Assembly (NCBI GenBank): GCA_019057475.1
Contig: DXJO01000020.1
Coordinates: 113,412-177,411, forward strand
Origin: Candidatus Thorarchaeota archaeon
Lineage (GTDB): Archaea > Asgardarchaeota > Thorarchaeia > Thorarchaeales > Thorarchaeaceae
Reading direction: 5' to 3'
Length of the DNA stretch: 64,000 nucleotides
Made by a program: the position numbers and the translations under genes. The notes beneath the pieces were generated by a model. It was given only the letters and a program-made list of their open reading frames with translations. It was not told the DNA's origin and did no database searches. Below, piece by piece: positions 38,542-48,824 of the stretch (position 1 is its first letter; the number at the start of each line of letters is the position of its first letter).

Positions 38542-40667
38542 TTGCTCTTTCCTCCCGTTTTGCGCTTAGCATAGCTCTTTCTACGTTTCTCAAGCTCCTC
38601 GAGGTCATCCTGGCGGCCAGAACATTCAGCCCAGTTGATGCAGGTTTCCCACGCCCTTCTTCCAGAGGTAATCTTGATCATCTGATATCCGCAATGAGGG
38701 CACATCTTGTCTAGTGGAGATATCTTACCGCTTTGGGGCAGTGGGTACGTCTGTTCACATCTCCCCTCCTTATAGTTCGAGCAGCCTAGAAATCGCTTTC
38801 CCGTCTTTGATGAAGATATTATGTTCAGTGTTCCCACATTGCAAGTTGGGCATGGTCCAATCTCTTGTTTTTCCGTCCAGTATCTTCGAAGACCTCTAAC
38901 TAAGGTGTTCCCTATTGCCGCCTCCATCAGCCTGAACCTCTCCAGAATTTCGAGAAGTTCTCTCTTGGCATCCACCAACACTTGCTCTCTATCAGTATCC
39001 CCATCTTGGATACCTTCCATCTGTTTCTCAAGATGTCGAGTCAACTCAGCAGACAACACCTCGGGTACATACCGTTCCAATGTTTCGAATAATGCATAAC
39101 CCAAAGTCGATAGTTCGAACCTATCATTCAAGACATACCCTCTTGACCTGACAGAATCAGCAATTCTTGAACGAGTTGACTTTGTACCCAAGTTCTCTCT
39201 CTCAAGGGCTTTGAGCAGACTGGAGGGATTGTAACGTGGAACCGGGGAGGTCTGTTTGTCAGTTACATGTACTGAAGTAAGTTGTATCGAATCTCCTCTC
39301 TCTATCGGTGGAAATTCCTTCTCATTTGTAGTTGCATATGGCTCGTAGAACGCCATCCAGCCCTGCTTCACCACTCTGAGCCCTCGCACATGGAATAGAT
39401 GGGTGTTGCACCTGACATCAGCCCTGCGGCTCTCCTTGACAGATGGCTCTCCAAAGAGCGCAATGAATCGCCGAACGATTAGGTCGAAAACCTTCTTCTC
39501 GCTGGGAGTGAGTCGACGAGGGGGTTTAACTCCTGTAGGATGTATCGCTGGATGTGCTGGGTCATCTTTCTTACCTTGAACAGGCATGAGCATTCCGCCA
39601 TCAAGCACACGTTTGGCCAGAAACCCATATTGCTTGAGTCCGCTGAGTCCAAGGAGAATCTCCTTCACATCAACACTCGCTGGTATCTTCTGACTACTGG
39701 TTCGTGGGTACGAGATTAAAGCATCCAAGTAGAGCTTCTGTGCAAGAACGAGCGTTCTACTAGGCTTGAACCCGAAGTGTCTGTATGATTCTGCTTGGAG
39801 GCCGCTTAGGTTGAACGGAACAGGCGGTTTTTGTGTGCTCTTCTTCTTTTCGATTGAATCAATATGTGCTTGTTTCCCCTGAAGTTCACTACCAATCGCA
39901 TCTGCCTCTTTCTTGATGTCGATTCGTTTCCTAGAGTACTCCAGTTCGATTTCAACTCCGTCGTGGTCGCCCATGGCCTTTATGGTCCAGAATGGGACCG
40001 GCACGAAGAGGTTGATCTCCTGCTCTCTTTTTGCCACAAATGCAAGTGCGGGACCCTGAACTCTGCCAGTTGATACTATCTTGAACCAGCCCGCAGTACT
40101 CTTGATTGCAAGAGTCAGGGCACGTGTGAGGTTTATTCCATAGAGCCAATCGACCTCATGCCGCACCTGACCCGCTTCTATTATGGGAAACTCCAACGTC
40201 AGTGACATGTTTTCATAGGCATTTTCAAGGTCCTTGGCTGTCAGCGACGAGAAAATCATTCTCTTTGCATCTGCAGGGTCCGTCCCACAAGCATACTTCA
40301 CAGTCAGATAACCAATCAAGCTCCCCTCAATGTCGTAATCAGTAGCTACCACAAATTCATCTGCGTCTTTTGCAAGCCTCTTGATCAGTCGGATGATTGG
40401 CTTGATTGCTGTCGCTTTCTTGACGACCTCATATTTCGGAACCCACTCTGTTTCGAGTCTAGGGTATGTCCACCCCTTCTCTATTTGGCGGAGATCATAC
40501 AGATGCCCTAGCGCGTAGGCTACAATGAGGGTGTCCTTACCTCTCTTGAACTTGTAGTATGAAACTCGCCCCTCCTTGACTTCACTCAAAGACTCCTGTT
40601 GACTCAACGCTTCAGCGATTCGTTTCGCGGCGGTGGGTTTTTCAGAGATAATCAGGACTCTCGACAG
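38538..40667 (-). CDS. topA: DNA topoisomerase IA
   Basis: IISEKP, ATDYDIEG, STGRVQ, ISYPRT, AHPAIHPT, C-terminal Zn ribbons; proposed CTG start at 40667. Confidence 0.95.
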   Translation of the reverse strand: MSRVLIISEKPTAAKRIAEALSQQESLSEVKEGRVSYYKFKRGKDTLIVAYALGHLYDLRQIEKGWTYPRLETEWVPKYEVVKKATAIKPIIRLIKRLAKDADEFVVATDYDIEGSLIGYLTVKYACGTDPADAKRMIFSSLTAKDLENAYENMSLTLEFPIIEAGQVRHEVDWLYGINLTRALTLAIKSTAGWFKIVSTGRVQGPALAFVAKREQEINLFVPVPFWTIKAMGDHDGVEIELEYSRKRIDIKKEADAIGSELQGKQAHIDSIEKKKSTQKPPVPFNLSGLQAESYRHFGFKPSRTLVLAQKLYLDALISYPRTSSQKIPASVDVKEILLGLSGLKQYGFLAKRVLDGGMLMPVQGKKDDPAHPAIHPTGVKPPRRLTPSEKKVFDLIVRRFIALFGEPSVKESRRADVRCNTHLFHVRGLRVVKQGWMAFYEPYATTNEKEFPPIERGDSIQLTSVHVTDKQTSPVPRYNPSSLLKALERENLGTKSTRSRIADSVRSRGYVLNDRFELSTLGYALFETLERYVPEVLSAELTRHLEKQMEGIQDGDTDREQVLVDAKRELLEILERFRLMEAAIGNTLVRGLRRYWTEKQEIGPCPTCNVGTLNIISSSKTGKRFLGCSNYKEGRCEQTYPLPQSGKISPLDKMCPHCGYQMIKITSGRRAWETCINWAECSGRQDDLEELEKRRKSYAKRKTGGKSK

Positions 40668-40797
40668 TTTGGCTCGCCTCTCTCGAATCTGGCGGAATAG
40701 ACCAGTCCAATCTAGTGATACTTGGACTGGTACAAATGTGCATTTCACGATAGTCTTAAAAGCAGACCGCCAAACGGCACCGTTCGAGGTCGAACAG

Positions 40798-41262
40798 ATG
40801 AAACCATGGTGGCCGCGATTCATTGTCAAACCCCGCGTGCGACTTATTAGGCCGCGTTTCGGAATGCCCGCACGGCCTCCAGAAATTCTCGTATTTGGTG
40901 TGTTTTTCTTTGCTATATTGTTCGTTCTCGGGGGAAACATCTACACTCTGGTGAAGTCCCCCCCTGCCATAGCAACTGGGCCAAACAGTGAACCCATCAT
41001 AGTCTACCCCGCCCTCGACGTCCAGCTGGGGCTGGAGGGCATGGTAGCTTCGGTTGTCATAATGATTGGTGTCATTGGTCTGGGGCTAATCTATTACAGT
41101 TCTAGATACGTTTTCCAACCGGGTTACGCAATGCGTCTCATGGCTCTTGGGATGATTCTGGCTGGAGGAGCTTTCCTTATGGTCACCTATCTTATGATCC
41201 TGAAATCTCCAAGTAGAACAGGCATCATTCCGGTGCTCGAAATGGTCCAAGCTTTAACCTAA
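40798..41262 (+). CDS. OSTC/DC2 (OST3/OST6 family)-like oligosaccharyltransferase subunit
   Basis: GGNIY..V..PP, QLGLEG, three TMs and terminal M..K.P mirror eukaryotic DC2; SD GAGGT. Confidence 0.8.
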   Translation: MKPWWPRFIVKPRVRLIRPRFGMPARPPEILVFGVFFFAILFVLGGNIYTLVKSPPAIATGPNSEPIIVYPALDVQLGLEGMVASVVIMIGVIGLGLIYYSSRYVFQPGYAMRLMALGMILAGGAFLMVTYLMILKSPSRTGIIPVLEMVQALT

Positions 41263-41967
41263 CACGTGGTACTCTATCCTGCTGCTCGACATCAAATGTG
41301 TCAAGAGCTCTTCTGCAATCTGAAGCTTAATCCTCTTCCGCTTGCTGGCACGGAAATTCCCTTCGTGATTGGGTTTTGACCACTTGCCCACAGTTACCCC
41401 AAAATCCATCCCCGCAAGTACTATGCGTCTTGGTGCATTCTGGGCAATGATATGACAGGCTCTATCTCCATCAGTGAAGCCGCCCCAGAGGAATACATTG
41501 TCTGTGGGTTCGACCTGGGTGCTGCCCAAGATTATTCCTAAACTTGGAACGGACTCTCTCACCATTTCCATGTTATCACCATGCGCATGAACAATGGCGA
41601 GGGTGCCATGCTCTACTGCTTTCTTAATGTGCTCCATTCGCCCATCAAGGTCAGTTACAATAATGTCACAGTTTAGTCCCAGATTGATAAATGCTGATAT
41701 CGCTCCATCCGCAGCAACGTACACGGCATTGTCAAACTCCTTTGACTTGATCACAATTTCAAGGTGTCGCTCTAAAGATGGGCCCGCTCCGCATACTATT
41801 ACTGTGCGTCCAGCAACAAGTTCATTCAGGTCACGAAGTAGTGGTTCAGGATCTATATCCTTAAGCAAGTCTGTCAGCAGGGCTGTAGCCATGCGGTCTG
41901 CTTGAACATCGAGCTCAAGTCTATCAACGATGTCCAGATAGAACGGTTTCCACTCTTCCCATCGCAT
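41254..41967 (-). CDS. mptE: 6-hydroxymethyl-7,8-dihydropterin pyrophosphokinase MptE (DUF115)
   Basis: GAGPSL, AADGA, VTDLDG, HAHGDN, GGFTDGDRA. Confidence 0.9.
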   Translation of the reverse strand: MRWEEWKPFYLDIVDRLELDVQADRMATALLTDLLKDIDPEPLLRDLNELVAGRTVIVCGAGPSLERHLEIVIKSKEFDNAVYVAADGAISAFINLGLNCDIIVTDLDGRMEHIKKAVEHGTLAIVHAHGDNMEMVRESVPSLGIILGSTQVEPTDNVFLWGGFTDGDRACHIIAQNAPRRIVLAGMDFGVTVGKWSKPNHEGNFRASKRKRIKLQIAEELLTHLMSSSRIEYHVLG

Positions 41968-41973
41968 ATGGAA

Positions 41974-42867
41974 CTACTCCGCGCTCTCCCGACTCTCGCT
42001 TATGCCAGACACTCTCCTCAGTGCTTTTCCTATTTTCGCAGCAATCTTGCCCTCTTTCACATCGTGTGTACGGATCAAATTGGCGCCATTCGCCACAGCT
42101 ATAGATGTGACTGCGATGGTGCCCGTGAGTCTTATGCTAGGATCTGGCTGATTGAGTAGATTTCCAATGAAAGCCTTCCTCGAAACACCAACAAGCACAG
42201 GGTGCCCCAGACTGCAGAATCTATCTAGCTCTCTGATAATTTCCAGATCCACCTCTGATGGCTTGCCAAATCCAATACCTGGGTCAATAATGATTCTTTC
42301 TTGCGGTATGCCAACAGATAGAGCGGTCTTGACACTCCTCTCAACTGAGCGAATGGACGCCTTCAACGTCTGACATGAGCCTCCGCAGTCAGCCATCAGC
42401 ACAATGGGCACGCCACGGTCAGCGACAAGCTTTGCCATTCTCTTGTCTCTGGCAAGTCCTGAAACATCATTCACCAATGAAACCCCAATGTCGATAGCAG
42501 CTTCAGCAACTTCTGAGTGGACCGTGTCTATTGAAACCGGAACTCTCGTGTTCCGAATAATGTACTCCAAATTCCTAGTCACTCTCTCAAGCTCAACTTC
42601 AACAGTCACCTCGGGAGTACCATAGACTCCTCTTGGTGCGGTTGATGCGCCCCCGACATCAATGATGTCAGCACCATCTTGTTCCATACCGTTGATGGCC
42701 TTGGCCAGTTGTTCACTGTTATCCACGATTGAGTCGCGATAGAATGATTCCGGGGAGAGGTTGATGACACTCATGACGCGCGGAAGAAAGTCAGCTCCAA
42801 CCTTGAGCCCACCTATGTCTACCGTGTGATGCTTCACGACCAAGAAACCTCGCGTGGTGAGCGACAC
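41974..42867 (-). CDS. folP: Dihydropteroate synthase
   Basis: INLSPESF, IDVGGAST, NDVSG, DPGIGFGK, SRKAF, RTHDV; start uncertain. Confidence 0.93.
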   Translation of the reverse strand: MSLTTRGFLVVKHHTVDIGGLKVGADFLPRVMSVINLSPESFYRDSIVDNSEQLAKAINGMEQDGADIIDVGGASTAPRGVYGTPEVTVEVELERVTRNLEYIIRNTRVPVSIDTVHSEVAEAAIDIGVSLVNDVSGLARDKRMAKLVADRGVPIVLMADCGGSCQTLKASIRSVERSVKTALSVGIPQERIIIDPGIGFGKPSEVDLEIIRELDRFCSLGHPVLVGVSRKAFIGNLLNQPDPSIRLTGTIAVTSIAVANGANLIRTHDVKEGKIAAKIGKALRRVSGISESRESAE

Positions 42868-42896
42868 AGAAGAAGATAAAACCTAGCTCATTTCGA

Positions 42897-44072
42897 GTGA
42901 GCTTGAATGACTTGGAGTCAACGACCTTGAATGACAAGCTCCGCCGACCTCAGCTATTCGAATGGCACAAAGCTCATGGAGATGTAGTTCCGTTTGCGGG
43001 CTGGGAGATGCCAGTTAGATATACAGACATCCGAGAAGAACACTTAGCTGTCAGGAATGCAGTTGGCATATTCGACATTTCGCATATGTATCGCTTCTTC
43101 ATCAGAGGTCGTCAGGCAGCACAGTTTCTGCAGACAATCACAACAAATAACGTGAATAAACTGAAGGTGAACGGAGGGCACTACACGACGTGTCTCAATG
43201 AGCAGGGCGGAATCCATGACGATTTGATGCTCTACAGAATTGCTGAGCACGAGTACATTTGGATCACCAATGCATCGAATGGCCCAAAAATCACACAGCA
43301 TCTATTGACGGAAGCCGTGAATTTCGAGGTTGAAGTGGAGGACAAGACAAGTGAGATTACTATGGTTGCTGTTCAAGGCCCAAAAGCGCTTTCCTTGCTG
43401 TGCAAACTGGCTGGAACCGATGTAAGCGAATTTCCAAAGTTCAGTTGCAATCTTATCAAGCTTGCAGGACATGACTGTTACTTGTGCCGAACCGGTTACA
43501 CTGGGGAGGCGGGGGCCGAGATACTCCTTCTCAATACCCCCTTCAATGATGAAGGGACGAGCAGAGCAGTTGCATTCTGGGAAGAGCTGCTGAAGCAAGG
43601 TGCGGAATATGGCGTGAAACCATGCGGTCTCGGCTCAAGAGATTCCACCCGCCTAGAGGCTGGTTTCGTTCTCTATGGTCACGAGCTGGAGGAAGACATC
43701 ACTCCGATTGAAGCACGGATACGCTATGCGGTGAAGTTCAAAGTTGAGCCACATTATATCGGATATGATGTGTTGAAGAAGCAGAAGGAAGAGGGAGTAG
43801 AGAAAACGCGTATCGGACTCGTCATGATAGACCGCGGTGTTCCGCGGCAACACTACAATGTTCTATTCAACAGCAACAAAATTGGGCACATCAGTAGTGG
43901 TGGCGTATCTCCGCTCTTGAAGAAGGGCATCGGACTGGCCTTTGTCATTCCAAGCATGGTCAATGAAGGCGATACTGTTGAGATAGACATCAAAGGGCGA
44001 CTACGAAAGGCTCGTGTGAGCGGGTGGCCCTTCTTTGACTCAGAACGCTATGGTGAGAAGCGCACCAAGTGA
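42897..44072 (+). CDS. gcvT: Glycine cleavage system T protein
   Basis: FAGWEMP, FDISHM, RTGYTGE, GLGSRDSTRLEAG. Confidence 0.95.
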   Translation: MSLNDLESTTLNDKLRRPQLFEWHKAHGDVVPFAGWEMPVRYTDIREEHLAVRNAVGIFDISHMYRFFIRGRQAAQFLQTITTNNVNKLKVNGGHYTTCLNEQGGIHDDLMLYRIAEHEYIWITNASNGPKITQHLLTEAVNFEVEVEDKTSEITMVAVQGPKALSLLCKLAGTDVSEFPKFSCNLIKLAGHDCYLCRTGYTGEAGAEILLLNTPFNDEGTSRAVAFWEELLKQGAEYGVKPCGLGSRDSTRLEAGFVLYGHELEEDITPIEARIRYAVKFKVEPHYIGYDVLKKQKEEGVEKTRIGLVMIDRGVPRQHYNVLFNSNKIGHISSGGVSPLLKKGIGLAFVIPSMVNEGDTVEIDIKGRLRKARVSGWPFFDSERYGEKRTK

Positions 44073-44125
44073 TGGGAACTGATTTAAAGGAGCCCAAATC
44101 ACACCGAACCCGAAGGTGTAATCCT

Positions 44126-44524
44126 ATGACAAAAGGCACCGCAGTTATCGAAGGACTATACTACAGTAAGGCTCACGAATGGGCCAAAGTTGAAGGTGAC
44201 GTCGTGATTGTGGGCATTACAGACTATGCTCAAAACTCACTGCACGAAATCACATTCGTAGAAATCAGTGATGTAGGGACATCACTCAAAGTTGATGAAG
44301 AGTGTGGCCTTGTTGAGTCTATGAAGGCATCATCGGACCTCTTCACACCCCTGGCTGGAGAGATTGTCGAAGTGAACGAAGCATTGGAAGACGCACCAGA
44401 ACTCGTCAATGAGGATCCCTACGGCAAGGGATGGATGTGGAAGATTAAGCCATCCAATCTTAAGGGTGATTTGAAGGCACTCCTAGACGCCAAGGGCTAC
44501 AGCGAGTATACTGCATCCCTCTAG
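44126..44524 (+). CDS. gcvH: Glycine cleavage system H protein
   Basis: HEW, GITDYAQ, lipoyl VESMKA, VNEDPYGKGW. Confidence 0.96.
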   Translation: MTKGTAVIEGLYYSKAHEWAKVEGDVVIVGITDYAQNSLHEITFVEISDVGTSLKVDEECGLVESMKASSDLFTPLAGEIVEVNEALEDAPELVNEDPYGKGWMWKIKPSNLKGDLKALLDAKGYSEYTASL

Positions 44525-44812
44525 CAAGGTTCTAACGCCCCGAGCGATAGATACTCCTGGGAACTGCATAAACAGATTGGGGGTCTTTTGAATTCGGCCC
44601 CCAACCATTATTATCCAATTGGCACTGCTCAGATACCACCTCTCAGACATCTTAACCCCATCACACTGCATAAGTGATGAAAATTCTTCTCGAGTCTACG
44701 GGGGTTTTGCATTTTATTCCGAAGTGTACATCCTCTGAACTAACAGCAACCTTTTTAGCGAATCCAAGTTTGCCTCGAACTAATTCGAGTCCAAACGGAG
44801 AGAACCCGCTGT

Positions 44813-47539
44813 ATGTCTAGACTTAGCAGACTCAAGAAAGCCACCGTAAAATTCCTACGGCAGGTCTTTCACAAACCCAAAGCCAAGATCTCGCGAGGCT
44901 CCATTATCATAGTTCTCGCATTGACTATCATATTCTTTGTGGCTCTGGGGCTGCGTCTGCAACCCTTACTGAACTCCCAACCTATTGTGCGCGCTTTCGA
45001 CCCATGGCTTCAGCTGAAGCTCACGTCGTATATCACAGAGAACGGAATCTCGGCGTTTTTCACGTGGTATGATGACTCCACATGGGTGCCGTTCGGTCGA
45101 GACGTAGCTGCTGGCGTGTACCTTGGAGTGCCGTTCACAACTGCATTCTTCTATTGGTTCTTGAATGCAATCGGTATCAGTGTAGAATTGATATACGTCG
45201 CCATAGTCTTGCCCGCTTTCATGGGAGCACTCACATGTATGGTTATGTTCCTCCTTGGTAGAGAGCTTCACAGCAACAGCGTTGGATTATTCAGTGCGCT
45301 CTTCATGGCGTTCATTCCAGCTTTCATGCAGAGGACTGTTGTTGGTTTCTTCGACAATGAGTGCATAGGTGTTTTCGCTATTGTCCTCACTTCATACTTC
45401 TTCATTAGAAGCACAAGGAAAAGCTCTATGCGTTCTGCGGTCGGAGCCGGCCTCTCCCTAGCTTACCTTCTTGGGTCTTGGGGAGCAGCTGACTTTATGC
45501 TCGGCCTTCTTGCTCTCTATGGGTTCTTCATGCTGGTTTCCGGACGATACAGTAGGCGCCTGTTGACTTCCTATCTCATAACACTGAGCCTTGGCATTTT
45601 CTTGGGTGGTCTAGTCCCGCGCAATGGGTTTGGTAATCTCACTTCATTCTCCATGCTCGCCCCGATTGGAGTGGGAGCTCTGCTGGCAGGTTATGAGATA
45701 TGGCGGAGGATTGGAGTTTACCGTGAAGCGACTGCCTCCGTACTTGCTCCACATATGAAACCGATTCTGCTCGGTCTGATAACCCCCGTTGTGGGCGCAG
45801 CAGCCTACTTCATCTTTGCAGGAAACGAAGAACTCACCATTAGTCCTTTTCAATCCAACCCGTTCGTCACTCTCGGTGCCAAATTCATGAGCGTCATCAA
45901 TCCATTCTTCAGGCTGGATCAACGAATTTTCGCATCAGTTGCGGAGCATCTTCCCAGCCCATGGGGAAGCTTTTACCAGACGTTGCTGGTCTTGATATTC
46001 TTTTTCCCATTAGGGATGTACTTTCTGTTCAAACGGGGTCGTGATGAAGACTGGTTTATCTTTCTATTCGGTCTAACCACCGTCTACTTCGCAGGGAGTA
46101 TGATTCGACTTGGACTCATTCTCGCCCCTGCCGTATCAGTCATTGGAGCTGTCGCAGTTTACAGCATCCTCTCTCCGTTCGCCAAAATAGTAACTCAGCA
46201 GTCAGTCTTTGAGAGGCGTCGATTTCGAATCAGCTCAGCACTCACGTCTGAGCACGCGATCGCAGCGTATATGATTGTTGGACTCTTGCTATCAGTGAAC
46301 GTGATTCTGGGTGCAGACTATGCCGCTAACATGTCCAACCCCGAATTCTCTCCCGGTGATATTTCCAAGGGCGCAACCCTTACTGACTGGCCCACCGCAA
46401 TGACATATATCCGCAATGTATTACCTGACGACGCAATTATCGCTAGCTGGTGGGACTACGGATACTGGATCAATGGTGCAGCGGGTGGGACCACTATTGT
46501 GGATAACGCAACATGGAACAGTACGCAAATCGCATGGATGGGCTATGCATTAATGGCGCTGAATTTGACGGAGTCACTCAAGACCTTCAAACGCTGGAAT
46601 ACCACCCATGTCCTTGTCTATTGGGGGCATGGCAGCCCCGCTTTCGGCGGTGATGAGGGCAAATGGCCTTGGATGGTGCGGATTGCAGAGGATCGGTTCG
46701 GGTCCGACTTCATAGATGATGCAACGTATCTCAGTGAGAGCGATCAGACTCTTGAGGCGTTCTACTCATCAACACTATTCAAACTGCTGGCCTATGGTGA
46801 GCCCAGAACTGAAGCTGAAGCCACTGAGATGGGGCTCCCAAATGACCGAATGGCGCTCGACCAGGTAATCTGGGGCAACTCTGATTATACAAGTCATATG
46901 CCGGTAGATTTGCACGGTGCTTTCTTAGCGCCATATTACAGCTCCACGTACGGCACAGTCAAAATCTACGAGATTGATTACACGATGTACGATCAGTACG
47001 TCAACAGAACCCATGCGGATTGGGTGCCCGATCTGGACCTTCTAGATGGAGGCATTGCTGATGGTAACATCGCTGAAAACGAGAGAGAATTTCAGAACTA
47101 TCCGGTTGTCTTCGGAGGTGGCTATGAAGCAACAGTGTACACAAGGTCAAACTCGACCCATATGTACTACGGTATTTCAATGGACAACTACACGTTGGGC
47201 CAAGATGCCTTCGGTCTGCAGCTTGCACCTCTTGATTCAACTAGTCGTCCTGACATCCGAATTGTGAACTACGATGGTCAAGAGTTCTACGATGGCAACG
47301 TAGGATTCGACGGAGAATGGGGCGCTGACTCAAGCGATCTGAACGCGATAGAGTTTGGCACTGGCGATAACGTAATCGAGTTCATAATACGACTCGATTC
47401 GCAAGACCCACAGGATGTTTTCATGCATAGCGGCATGAACTACCAGCTCAGGTTCTTGTTCTGGAACAATGTTCTCTCCGGCGAGCCTACGCTCTCATCC
47501 GACTGGACGTCTTTCTGGGTTCCAGTAGATCTCTACTAA
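44813..47539 (+). CDS. aglB: Oligosaccharyltransferase catalytic subunit STT3/AglB
   Basis: AFDP, FDNE, SVAEH, WWDYG, DNAT, DEGKWPWMVRI; multi-TM N-terminal half. Confidence 0.96.
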   Translation: MSRLSRLKKATVKFLRQVFHKPKAKISRGSIIIVLALTIIFFVALGLRLQPLLNSQPIVRAFDPWLQLKLTSYITENGISAFFTWYDDSTWVPFGRDVAAGVYLGVPFTTAFFYWFLNAIGISVELIYVAIVLPAFMGALTCMVMFLLGRELHSNSVGLFSALFMAFIPAFMQRTVVGFFDNECIGVFAIVLTSYFFIRSTRKSSMRSAVGAGLSLAYLLGSWGAADFMLGLLALYGFFMLVSGRYSRRLLTSYLITLSLGIFLGGLVPRNGFGNLTSFSMLAPIGVGALLAGYEIWRRIGVYREATASVLAPHMKPILLGLITPVVGAAAYFIFAGNEELTISPFQSNPFVTLGAKFMSVINPFFRLDQRIFASVAEHLPSPWGSFYQTLLVLIFFFPLGMYFLFKRGRDEDWFIFLFGLTTVYFAGSMIRLGLILAPAVSVIGAVAVYSILSPFAKIVTQQSVFERRRFRISSALTSEHAIAAYMIVGLLLSVNVILGADYAANMSNPEFSPGDISKGATLTDWPTAMTYIRNVLPDDAIIASWWDYGYWINGAAGGTTIVDNATWNSTQIAWMGYALMALNLTESLKTFKRWNTTHVLVYWGHGSPAFGGDEGKWPWMVRIAEDRFGSDFIDDATYLSESDQTLEAFYSSTLFKLLAYGEPRTEAEATEMGLPNDRMALDQVIWGNSDYTSHMPVDLHGAFLAPYYSSTYGTVKIYEIDYTMYDQYVNRTHADWVPDLDLLDGGIADGNIAENEREFQNYPVVFGGGYEATVYTRSNSTHMYYGISMDNYTLGQDAFGLQLAPLDSTSRPDIRIVNYDGQEFYDGNVGFDGEWGADSSDLNAIEFGTGDNVIEFIIRLDSQDPQDVFMHSGMNYQLRFLFWNNVLSGEPTLSSDWTSFWVPVDLY

Positions 47540-47602
47540 TGAAAATGTGATCTGGCGGTTGACCTTATGGCCAATCGCTAGTCCCCTCCTTTAGAATGAG
47601 TG

Positions 47603-47776
47603 CTAGCAAGATGTCTGGCGCGTTCTTTTCTTCGCACGTCGGCGATAGTCCCCATACTTATCTTGAGGACTGTACCTTGCTGGATGTGGCGTCTTAACGC
47701 GCTTTCCACATTTAGGGCACTTGGAATCATCTAGCGTGTAATACCCACAATCTGCGCATTTGAATAACTGAGTCAT
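47603..47776 (-). CDS. nop10: H/ACA RNP protein Nop10 (not in ORF track)
   Basis: MTQLFKCADCGYYTL...CPKCG...PHPARYSPQDKYGDYR; canonical position after aIF2alpha. Confidence 0.93.
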   Translation of the reverse strand: MTQLFKCADCGYYTLDDSKCPKCGKRVKTPHPARYSPQDKYGDYRRRAKKRTRQTSC

Positions 47777-47785
47777 CAGAAACCA

Positions 47786-48577
47786 CTATTTACGCTGGAA
47801 TACGATAGTGCCATTATTGCTCTCGATGACCTTGGTCACTTTACCAAGAATTTCTGAAAGCACGTCTTCGGCTTCGCTATAGTCAGGGCTAACAATGCAT
47901 AACTTGTAACGGGGGGATCCGAGTGCGTATATCTCGACAGATGACTTTTCCTTTTTGCCTGATTCTAGTCCGGCTGACAGCGCCTTCTTAATCGTGTCAA
48001 CGCCCTTCGGTCCTGGGACAAGGATAGTCATTTCCCCATCTATCTCAACTTGCGGTATCTCAATACGCGCCTTTGCTAAGTCTGCCACTTGTTTCCGGAG
48101 CTTCTTGGTGGCTTTAACTTCTTCAAACGCATCAACACCCAGGTCTGAGGCTTTTTCTAGTCCCTTGTATATCTCACCAAAGACATCCTCAAGGGGCCAG
48201 CCAATCTGTTCATAGATATTCTCTAGTGAAACATCATTCTCCTTTGCAACCAGCTCCAGAAGCTTTTCAGCCTTTTGAGCACGCTTCCAATCGTTGTTCT
48301 TGGCTCTCCTTGCCTCAGATGAAACTCGCCTTAGGGAGCAGTCAATATGCCTCTTATGCGTATCAACCTGAAGCACCTTGACAACCACTCGCTTGTTCTC
48401 ATGAACGTGATTACGTATATTCCTGACCCAAGTGCTGCTAATTTCGGAGATGTGGATGAACCCCTCTTTTTCACCGAACTCTGGCAATTTGACGTAAGCG
48501 CCATAGGGGGCAACCTTAGTAGCAACTGCAATCGCGTACTCATCAGGGTGCGGCCACTCAGCACGCTTCAAAACCAT
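47786..48577 (-). CDS. eif2a: Translation initiation factor aIF2 alpha
   Basis: S1 domain GAYV.L.E...EGFIHISE, GSPRY. Confidence 0.95.
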   Translation of the reverse strand: MVLKRAEWPHPDEYAIAVATKVAPYGAYVKLPEFGEKEGFIHISEISSTWVRNIRNHVHENKRVVVKVLQVDTHKRHIDCSLRRVSSEARRAKNNDWKRAQKAEKLLELVAKENDVSLENIYEQIGWPLEDVFGEIYKGLEKASDLGVDAFEEVKATKKLRKQVADLAKARIEIPQVEIDGEMTILVPGPKGVDTIKKALSAGLESGKKEKSSVEIYALGSPRYKLCIVSPDYSEAEDVLSEILGKVTKVIESNNGTIVFQRK

Positions 48578-48614
48578 TCTCCACATACCTCCAACTAGCA
48601 CTTCTCAGGCGGGA

Positions 48615-48815
48615 TTATGGAAGCACTTCCAGCTCCCGAGCTGTCGGCTCAAGTTTGGCCTTTCCGCCAGATGGTTTAGCCAGTATCTTCTCACATTTCA
48701 GACACCTGACCTCGGTCGTTGAGTGGCTGAAGATAATTTGCTCATTCTCGCAGTCAAGGCATTTCACTTTAATGAACCGTGACTTGGGCTGCTGAATGAT
48801 TTCTCCTTTGCCCAT
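48615..48815 (-). CDS. rps27e: 30S ribosomal protein S27e
   Basis: PKSRFIKVKCLDCENEQ, CLKC, PSGGK. Confidence 0.96.
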   Translation of the reverse strand: MGKGEIIQQPKSRFIKVKCLDCENEQIIFSHSTTEVRCLKCEKILAKPSGGKAKLEPTARELEVLP

Positions 48816-48824
48816 TAACATCAC

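Noticed and set aside
40668-40940. 91-aa N-terminal extension of topoisomerase IA
   Set aside because: Overlaps the promoter region and the antisense OSTC-like gene; the TOPRIM motif normally begins within the first residues
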